NCBI GenBank assembly: GCA_022446795.1
Contig: JAKVBX010000005.1
Span: 37,085 to 101,084 of the forward strand
DNA length: 64,000 nt
From: Phycisphaerales bacterium
GTDB taxonomy: Bacteria; Planctomycetota; Phycisphaerae; Phycisphaerales; SM1A02
Direction: 5' to 3'
The first letter of the stretch is position 1. Each line of letters starts with the position of its first letter. Made by a program: the position numbers and the translations under genes. Under the pieces are notes generated by a model, which saw nothing but the letters and a program-made list of their open reading frames with translations, ran no database searches and had not been told where the DNA came from. Below, in pieces: positions 54,668 to 64,000 of this stretch.

Positions 54668-55858
54668 GTGATAGCGGCGTTTCGAATCACGGTCGTCTTC
54701 CTGGTCCTCGCTCAAGCCACCGCGGCGTGGGGTGATGACGCGGCGGCGGCCCTGGTCGAGACCTGCAAGGCGCTCCGGTCGAATGAGCCCGTGCGGATGA
54801 CCAGTACGTTGACGTTGGAGTCCACGCGTTCCGGTCCGCCGGTGACGCTTGACCCGATCACGGCGGTCATCGATCGGACTGGACCAGGCACCGGTGTGTT
54901 CCGAATCGGGGAGTACGACGCGTACATCTCCGACGGAGAGGTCATCGTGATCCGGGACGGGGTTGATGATGCCTACGTGCGGTGCCATCGTGAGTCCATT
55001 CCCGCGGCGTCGATTCATCGGGCGATGGCGTCCTGTCCGTTTCCACTGCTGGCGATGAGCTTTCCGGCCGAGGATCCGAAGCAGACCGCGGCCAGGCTGC
55101 ACTCGGAACTGGATACGCTCGAACCACGGTCATTCGAACGTGATGACCAGGGCCGGTTGACGGCGCTGACGTGTTCGTCACCCTCGGGCGACCTGGTGTT
55201 CCAGATCGACCCGGAGACCGGGCGACCTGGCAGCGCCGTCCTGAAACATCGCGATCCCGAGGGCATGCCCGCCGGCTCGAGCGTGACGTATCGATGGAAC
55301 TGGACCTACCAGGCCCCACCTGAAGATGAAGCGATGACCTTCACGCGAGGCCGACGATTCCGACTCGACCGCGTCTCGGCGCTCAAGCGATCCGGCGAGA
55401 CCACCGCGACAACCGGTGGTGAGGCACCGGCCCTTCGGCTGCCTGCCCTGGATGGTGGCATGATCGACCTGGCCAGGCTCCGTGGCCGTGTCGTCGTCGT
55501 CGATTTCTGGGCGACCTGGTGCGGCCCATGTCGCCGGGCGCTGCCGCAACTGCAGACACTGGCGGATGAGATGGCGGAGGAGCCCGTGACGGTTCTGACC
55601 GTGGACTGCTTCGAACGCACCAGCGGTGCGGCCCTTCGCGACGCGGTATCGAAGATGGTCAAGGACCTGGACCTTCGCCTGCCCGTCCTGCTGGATGAAC
55701 AAGGCGACGTGGCCCGGGCCTGGGGCGTGCGGGGTATTCCGGCGACCTTCGTGATCGATCCGAAGGGTCGAATTTCGGCGTCCCATACCGGTGCCGGACC
55801 GGACTATCTTCAGCAACTGCGTGAGGACGTCGTGTCTGCGCTGCAGCCGGCGCCCTGA
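54668..55858 (+). CDS. TlpA-like thiol:disulfide oxidoreductase, tandem paralog
   Basis: It has a signal peptide, an N-domain of about 240 aa, and VVVVDFWATWCGPCRRALPQL...WGVRGIPATFVIDPKGRI. Confidence 0.8.
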   Translation: MIAAFRITVVFLVLAQATAAWGDDAAAALVETCKALRSNEPVRMTSTLTLESTRSGPPVTLDPITAVIDRTGPGTGVFRIGEYDAYISDGEVIVIRDGVDDAYVRCHRESIPAASIHRAMASCPFPLLAMSFPAEDPKQTAARLHSELDTLEPRSFERDDQGRLTALTCSSPSGDLVFQIDPETGRPGSAVLKHRDPEGMPAGSSVTYRWNWTYQAPPEDEAMTFTRGRRFRLDRVSALKRSGETTATTGGEAPALRLPALDGGMIDLARLRGRVVVVDFWATWCGPCRRALPQLQTLADEMAEEPVTVLTVDCFERTSGAALRDAVSKMVKDLDLRLPVLLDEQGDVARAWGVRGIPATFVIDPKGRISASHTGAGPDYLQQLREDVVSALQPAP

Positions 55859-55861
55859 CCT

Positions 55862-59393
<3,532 letters not shown>

Positions 59394-59429
59394 ACGCTTC
59401 ACGCCAGATCGATACCATGCGGGGGAACC

Positions 59430-59906
59430 ATGGGCCAAGTGGCATTGGGATTTCGGAGTCTTCTGTTTCGCGCCTCGGTGTTCTTCATCATGGCCGTGCT
59501 GTTGGCATGGGCCCTCGGAGGCACGTTGTGGCCACGAGCCGTGGGCGTCTACCTGGAACCCATCACGGTCTCCGGGCAGGAATGGGTGTGGCAGGCCAAG
59601 GTCGACGAGTCGCCGACACCGACCACGCCTGTTCGTCCACCACTTGAGTTCAGCCTCTGGAAGCGTGGTGACAGCGGTCGGTATTCCGGCTACGAGCCGT
59701 TGTCGGACGTGATATTCACCGAGACCCTGCCGCTGCTGGCCTCGACGGGGGACCTGGTGGTCGGCGGTTTCGACTATCACAAGGGACAGTGGGCGATCTT
59801 CCGGATCGATGCCAAGGGCAACCTGGGCACACCCACCGTCTATCCTGATCGACTCGCGATCGTGAAGGCCTGGAATTCGCTCAAGGGGTCGGCGTCGGCG
59901 CCTTGA
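59430..59906 (+). CDS. hypothetical membrane-anchored protein (158 aa)
   Basis: It has one N-terminal TM (LLFRASVFFIMAVLLAWAL) and no recognisable motif. Confidence 0.5.
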   Translation: MGQVALGFRSLLFRASVFFIMAVLLAWALGGTLWPRAVGVYLEPITVSGQEWVWQAKVDESPTPTTPVRPPLEFSLWKRGDSGRYSGYEPLSDVIFTETLPLLASTGDLVVGGFDYHKGQWAIFRIDAKGNLGTPTVYPDRLAIVKAWNSLKGSASAP

Positions 59907-59909
59907 CCG

Positions 59910-60767
59910 CTACGGCGCCGCTGGTGGTTCCGAACCGAAGGTCAGGACGCCAGTGGCCACCAGGATGCCCAGCACGATCGTCAGCCCGATCCGGTACCAG
60001 CCGAACACGGCGAGTCCATTGCGGTTGAGATAGCCCACCAGCCATTTGACGGCGATGGCTGCCGATACGGTGGCGACCACGATGCCGACGATCACGTTGA
60101 ACCACCCCAACTCCTCGAAGAGGTTGGGGCCGTCGCCGGAGAGGTTCTTCATCAAGCTGTAGACGCAGGCGCCGCCCAGTGTCGGGAGTCCGAGCAGGAA
60201 ACTGAACTCCGCCGCTCGCGAGGCCCGCAATCCCACGGCCATGCCCGCGACGATGGTGATCATCGAGCGGCTGACCCCCGGCCACATGGCCAGCAACTGG
60301 AGGAGGCCGATCAACAGGGCTGCGGTGATCGTGAGGTCGGTGAGGTCTCGCGTGCTTGAGGAGCGGCCACGCCCGATGATGATCATCAAGACGCCACCGC
60401 CAGCCAAGGCCACGAGGACCGGAACGGGATGCATGAGTTGCGTCTCGATCCAATCATTGAGCAGGGGGCCGACGATTGCGGCCGGGGCGAAGGCGATGCA
60501 GATGTTGATCAGCAGGCGAAGGCCCTTCGGATCACGCCCCAACCCACCCCTGATCATGGACTTGACCCGCGGCCAGTACAGGCCGAGCACGGCGAGAATG
60601 GCACCACCCTGGATCACGATGAGGAGATCGGAGACCGAGTCGGCCGATTCGCCGGTATCCAGTCCGAGCAGGGAACTGGCGAGAATCAGGTGGCCGGTGG
60701 AGCTCACCGGGAGGTACTCGGTGATGCCCTCGACAATGCCCAGGATGATGGCGTCAAGGATGGTCAT
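59910..60767 (-). CDS. uppP: undecaprenyl-diphosphate phosphatase
   Basis: Contains ILGIVEGITEYLPVSSTGHL, SRSMITIVAGM and FSFLLGLP. The start is at the internal ATG (MTILDAI). Confidence 0.9.
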   Translation of the reverse strand: MTILDAIILGIVEGITEYLPVSSTGHLILASSLLGLDTGESADSVSDLLIVIQGGAILAVLGLYWPRVKSMIRGGLGRDPKGLRLLINICIAFAPAAIVGPLLNDWIETQLMHPVPVLVALAGGGVLMIIIGRGRSSSTRDLTDLTITAALLIGLLQLLAMWPGVSRSMITIVAGMAVGLRASRAAEFSFLLGLPTLGGACVYSLMKNLSGDGPNLFEELGWFNVIVGIVVATVSAAIAVKWLVGYLNRNGLAVFGWYRIGLTIVLGILVATGVLTFGSEPPAAP

Positions 60768-60814
60768 GGCAAGGGAAGCGGGGATTTCACCCCATCGCGG
60801 GGTATCATAGGTCC

Positions 60815-61315
60815 GTGGTATCCAGTCACTCCAGATCGACCGGTGGGCCTGAGGATCATCACTCTTCCCTCGTGGCCACCACGGAGGAGGTTCGAACGAT
60901 CCTGCGTTCGGCAGGCCTGAGGTGCACGCCTCAGCGAGTGGCGGTGTACGAGGCCCTCCAGCACGCCAGTCATCCAACGGCCGAGCAACTGCACGACGTG
61001 GTTTCGCAGACCATGGCGATCAGCCTGGCGACGGTCTACAACACGTTGGAGGCCTTCACCACGGCCGGGATCATCCTGCAGTTGCCCTCCCCCTCGGGTT
61101 GTTCGCGGTACTGCGGGCAGCAGCAGGCGCACCTGCACCTGAGGGTTTCCGGAAGTGATGAGATCATGGATGTGCCCATGGACCTGGGGCAGCAGATCAT
61201 GCAGGCACTTCCACGGGAGGTGCTGTCCAAGATCGAGGATCGAATGGGCGTTCGGATCGATTCGATCGACGTTCAGCTGTCCGGGGCACGACCAACCGCG
61301 TCCCAGGGCGAGTGA
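60815..61315 (+). CDS. Fur-family transcriptional regulator (cysteine-poor variant)
   Basis: The winged-helix region is LRCTPQRVAVYEAL...PTAEQLHDVV...ISLATVYNTLEAF. The C-terminal dimerisation domain lacks CxxC pairs. Confidence 0.7.
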   Translation: MVSSHSRSTGGPEDHHSSLVATTEEVRTILRSAGLRCTPQRVAVYEALQHASHPTAEQLHDVVSQTMAISLATVYNTLEAFTTAGIILQLPSPSGCSRYCGQQQAHLHLRVSGSDEIMDVPMDLGQQIMQALPREVLSKIEDRMGVRIDSIDVQLSGARPTASQGE

Positions 61316-61866
61316 GCAGTCCCGTGGGAACCGGCATGACGACACACATCGTGCTGGCCGGCCCCCGTGCAGTCGGAAAGACAACGATTGGAAGGACCCT
61401 GGCGGCTGCCCGGGGCGTGATGTTCATTGACCTGGACGATCGTGTCCTGTCAACCTTCGAAGACTCGACGGTGTCGGAGGTCTGGCGTCTGCATGGTGAA
61501 TCGGCCTGGCGGGCTGCGGAGTCCCGCGTGCTGGGAGAAGTGCTTGCGGAGCCACCGGCCGTCATCGCGCTGGGTGGCGGCGTTCCCACGATTCCCGAGG
61601 CCTGCCAGCAGTTGAACCATTCCCGTGACGCTGGTCATGCCCGTGTCCTCCTGCTGGAGGCCAGCCCGGCCGTGCTGGCCGATCGGCTTGCGGATGGCGG
61701 GGGAGATCGACCCAGCCTGACCGGAGCGACTCCCGCCGAGGAGATCGAGGCGATCTGTGCGGAGCGGGCAGCAGCCTACGCGTCGGTGGCAGATCACTCG
61801 GTACGGACCGACAGCCGAAGCATGGACGAGATCCTGCTGGATATCACGGCGTGGCTTGAGGCGTAG
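61312..61866 (+). CDS. aroK: shikimate kinase
   Basis: Contains the P-loop LAGPRAVGKTTIGRTLA, then FIDLDD and ALGGG. The GTG start overlaps the Fur stop; an alternative start is at 61336. Confidence 0.8.
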   Translation: MSSPVGTGMTTHIVLAGPRAVGKTTIGRTLAAARGVMFIDLDDRVLSTFEDSTVSEVWRLHGESAWRAAESRVLGEVLAEPPAVIALGGGVPTIPEACQQLNHSRDAGHARVLLLEASPAVLADRLADGGGDRPSLTGATPAEEIEAICAERAAAYASVADHSVRTDSRSMDEILLDITAWLEA

Positions 61867-61881
61867 AGGGTGTTTGGGCGA

Positions 61882-62025
61882 TCAGTCGCTGGGGGTGATA
61901 CGGCGGCCGAGGCTACGCTTGCGATTGATCATCTTGCGACCGTTCTTGGTCTTCATTCGGGCGCGAAATCCGAACTGGCGGGCACGCTTGATCTTGCTCG
62001 TTCGTCTGGGGTAGTGCATCGCCAT
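61882..62025 (-). CDS. rpmH: 50S ribosomal protein L34
   Basis: MAMHYPRRTSKIKRARQFGFRARMKTKNGRKMINRKRSLGRRITP matches the L34 pattern (K-R-x-x-x-GFR-x-RM-x-T-x-x-GR...RR-x-x-GR). It is the internal start of ORF 61882..62238. Confidence 0.85.
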   Translation of the reverse strand: MAMHYPRRTSKIKRARQFGFRARMKTKNGRKMINRKRSLGRRITPSD

Positions 62026-62255
62026 GGTCGAAAATCTCCGTTGCCCGAGCGGCCGGGACTGGCCTGGAACCGGCCCTGCCCGCGTCGGATCCGGCATGGT
62101 AGCACGGACCGCCGCCAGGTCCAAGGGTCTGGCTTGCCAGGGCCGGGAACTGGGGTCATATATATAGTGCCGGGGAGATCGTGGGGGGCTGGGGCTGGGC
62201 CGTTTGCCCTCCCGGGCACTCCTGGGTCGGATAATCACGGTTTTCAGATGGGTGC

Positions 62256-62999
62256 GTGAAGATGAATGACGAGATGCTGGACGCGGCCGAGAAGCTCATC
62301 GGCCACCAGTTCGAGGATCGGCCGCTCCTGCGGCGGGCACTCACGCACGCTTCGTTGACCGATGACCGCCTGGACAGCAACGAGCGGCTGGAGTTCCTCG
62401 GGGATGCCGTCCTGGGCATGGTGGTCTGCGAGTACCTGCATGACCGCTTCCCGGAGCTTCTCGAGGGCGAGATGACCAAGGTCAAGTCGATGGTGGTCAG
62501 CCGCCGGGTCTGTGCGGAACTGGCTGACGAGATGGGGCTCGGCGGGGCCTTGATGCTGGGCAAGGGAATGGCGTCCCGGCAGACCCTGCCCACGTCAGTT
62601 GCGGCTGCGGTCTACGAGTCGGTCGTTGGTGCCGTCTACGTCGATTCCGGCTTGGAGGCGGCCCGTGACCTGATCCTCCGTGGGCTCGAGGAGCGGATTC
62701 GGCAGGCCGTCGCCTCTGGACATCATTCGAACTTCAAGTCCGTGTTGCAGCAGATCGCACAGCAGGTCTTCAACATGACGCCGACCTATGCCCTGCTGGA
62801 TGAGCAGGGACCGGACCATGCCAAGTGTTTCGAGATCGCCGTGACGATCGGGGCACGTCGGTTCGAGCCCTGCTGGGGTCCCAACAAGAAGCAGGCGGAG
62901 CAGGAAGCGGCGCTTCGCGCCCTGGAGGAACTGGGCTACGCCAGCCGGCACGACTCCGGCGAAGTCCACGTCGATCTGTCCGCCGTCTCCGAGCGATAG
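62256..62999 (+). CDS. rnc: ribonuclease III
   Basis: Contains the signature ERLEFLGDAVLG and a C-terminal dsRBD (KSVLQQIAQQ...GPDHAKCFEIAV...NKKQAEQEAA). Confidence 0.95.
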   Translation: MKMNDEMLDAAEKLIGHQFEDRPLLRRALTHASLTDDRLDSNERLEFLGDAVLGMVVCEYLHDRFPELLEGEMTKVKSMVVSRRVCAELADEMGLGGALMLGKGMASRQTLPTSVAAAVYESVVGAVYVDSGLEAARDLILRGLEERIRQAVASGHHSNFKSVLQQIAQQVFNMTPTYALLDEQGPDHAKCFEIAVTIGARRFEPCWGPNKKQAEQEAALRALEELGYASRHDSGEVHVDLSAVSER

Positions 63000-64000
63000 T
63001 CACTCGGCCGTCGGGTGCTCCGGGCTGGCGTGTCGCTGCGGCAGGCTCAGCAGGCGGTGTCCATTTTCATCATTGAGATCCAACTGACCGATGCCGCCGA
63101 TGGTGCTGCCAGCGGTGACGACCGGGATCCCACGCTGGTTGAACACGCTGATCGCGCCATCTCGTCGGCTGGCGGCGATGCCACCCACCACGACCGGGAC
63201 GCCCTGGCCGTTGGAGAGATTCAGGACCCCGCCGTCCGCGGAAGCCGCCATCGCACAGACGGTCTTCTCATTGGGGGCCATCAGCGCGAGCGTCGCGCCA
63301 CGCTGTGATCGGGTCTGCATGGTGGCCATGAGGGTCCCGGACTCGTCCGACAGGTCAACGCGGCCGTTGCCCGTCTTGTCGGCGCGGATCGAGGCGACGG
63401 CGGTGCCATCAGCGGCGGCGGCGGTCATGGTTCCGCCACCGTGATCGCGGATGGTCATGTGGGCGGTGACCTGCCCCTTGCTGTTGCTCAGGGCAGCCTT
63501 TGGAAGCAGGTCGCCCTCGCCAGTCTGAAGCCGTACGGCACCGTTCTCGCTGTGCAGTTGGAGCAGTGCGTCGTTGGTCTTCGTGCCTCGCAACGTCACG
63601 ATGTCCTTGTCGTCTGCCCCGCGGATGGTCAATTCGCTTCGAATGTCATCCGAGGTCATCCGGAGTCGATCGCCCAGGGCGAGGGAGCCGTACTGGTCGG
63701 CGGTCGAGGCGCTCACCATCGCATGGCCGTGGTTGTCATGGAGTTCCAGGGCGGCCCCGGTCAGGATCGCCTGGAGGGCGCCCCGAGCCTGGCCATCACG
63801 CATCACCTCGACGGCGCCCCCGTGTTCACCGGGATGCATGCGAGCCGCCCGGCTGCCGGCGCTGTCCCAGATCGAGACCTCGCCACCGTTATCCGTGGCA
63901 TACAGGCCCGCCACGGAACGTCCTTCGCAGTTCCACAGGGCAATGTCGCCGCCCTGGGAATTGGCGGCCAGTCGCATGATGTTGCAGCCCTCGGGTGTCC
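63000..64000 (-). CDS. hypothetical repeat protein (5' end probably beyond the window end)
   Basis: The frame stays open to position 64000. The translation shows recurrent roughly 25-30-aa units of the type GG-x-[VIL]-x-[LIV]-x-[ND]-x2-G, for example QGGDIALWNCEG, NGGEVSIWDSAG, DGGVLNLSNGQG, DGAISVFNQRG and IGQLDLNDENG. Confidence 0.55.
   Translation of the reverse strand, partial: TPEGCNIMRLAANSQGGDIALWNCEGRSVAGLYATDNGGEVSIWDSAGSRAARMHPGEHGGAVEVMRDGQARGALQAILTGAALELHDNHGHAMVSASTADQYGSLALGDRLRMTSDDIRSELTIRGADDKDIVTLRGTKTNDALLQLHSENGAVRLQTGEGDLLPKAALSNSKGQVTAHMTIRDHGGGTMTAAAADGTAVASIRADKTGNGRVDLSDESGTLMATMQTRSQRGATLALMAPNEKTVCAMAASADGGVLNLSNGQGVPVVVGGIAASRRDGAISVFNQRGIPVVTAGSTIGGIGQLDLNDENGHRLLSLPQRHASPEHPTAE

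Noticed and set aside
52652-55102. An 816-aa minus-strand ORF lies antisense to folK and the TlpA-like genes.
   Set aside because: The plus-strand genes have clear motifs (IDLDLL, WCGPC). The antisense translation is low-complexity.
62026-62255. The rpmH upstream region as a replication origin (oriC).
   Set aside because: There is no dnaA or dnaN nearby, and I saw no cluster of TTATCCACA-like DnaA boxes. Only a partial GGATAATCA is present, and the single short AT run is far smaller than a DNA-unwinding element.

Overview
This is a GC-rich bacterial chromosomal segment (about two-thirds G+C by eye, not computed). Genes are densely packed and many are joined by 4-nt ATGA/GTGA start-stop overlaps. 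I call about 62 protein-coding genes and one tRNA-Val(TAC). I saw no rRNA, CRISPR array, transposase, integrase or prophage genes. A TIGR04137-like small basic protein, HEAT-repeat and other lipoproteins, and a fused caa3/bc respiratory layout suggest a PVC-group organism such as a planctomycete, but that is inference only. From 16.9 kb down to 1.4 kb there is one co-directional minus-strand array. It encodes caa3-type cytochrome c oxidase (subunits II-I-III), an unknown polytopic membrane protein, a diheme cytochrome c, a Rieske protein and a cytochrome b fused to cytochrome c. These are followed by a CtaG-CcoG/FixG fusion, a FixH-like protein and a TM-anchored bactofilin-like protein. The array ends with the most unusual element, a four-gene cassette. 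It contains two WXG100-like small helical proteins that carry W-x-D in place of W-x-G, a 211-aa helical protein with an acidic tail, and a 1,223-aa FtsK/SpoIIIE-family ATPase. The ATPase has a roughly 335-residue coiled-coil N-terminus and no detectable transmembrane anchor. This looks like a type VII-secretion-like core without its usual membrane partners, in an unexpected host lineage. The remaining 17-64 kb is mostly housekeeping: hrpA, ugd, ogt, glyA, trmL, an EF-G paralog, a MATE pump, infC, thrS, nrdR, cdsA, recX, nth, moaE, acpS, pyrF, pyk, cinA, folK, two TlpA-like redoxins, dacB, ligA, uppP, a Fur-family regulator, aroK, rpmH and rnc. Several hypothetical lipoproteins and membrane proteins are interspersed. 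All calls rest on reading the translations for conserved motifs; no database search was run.
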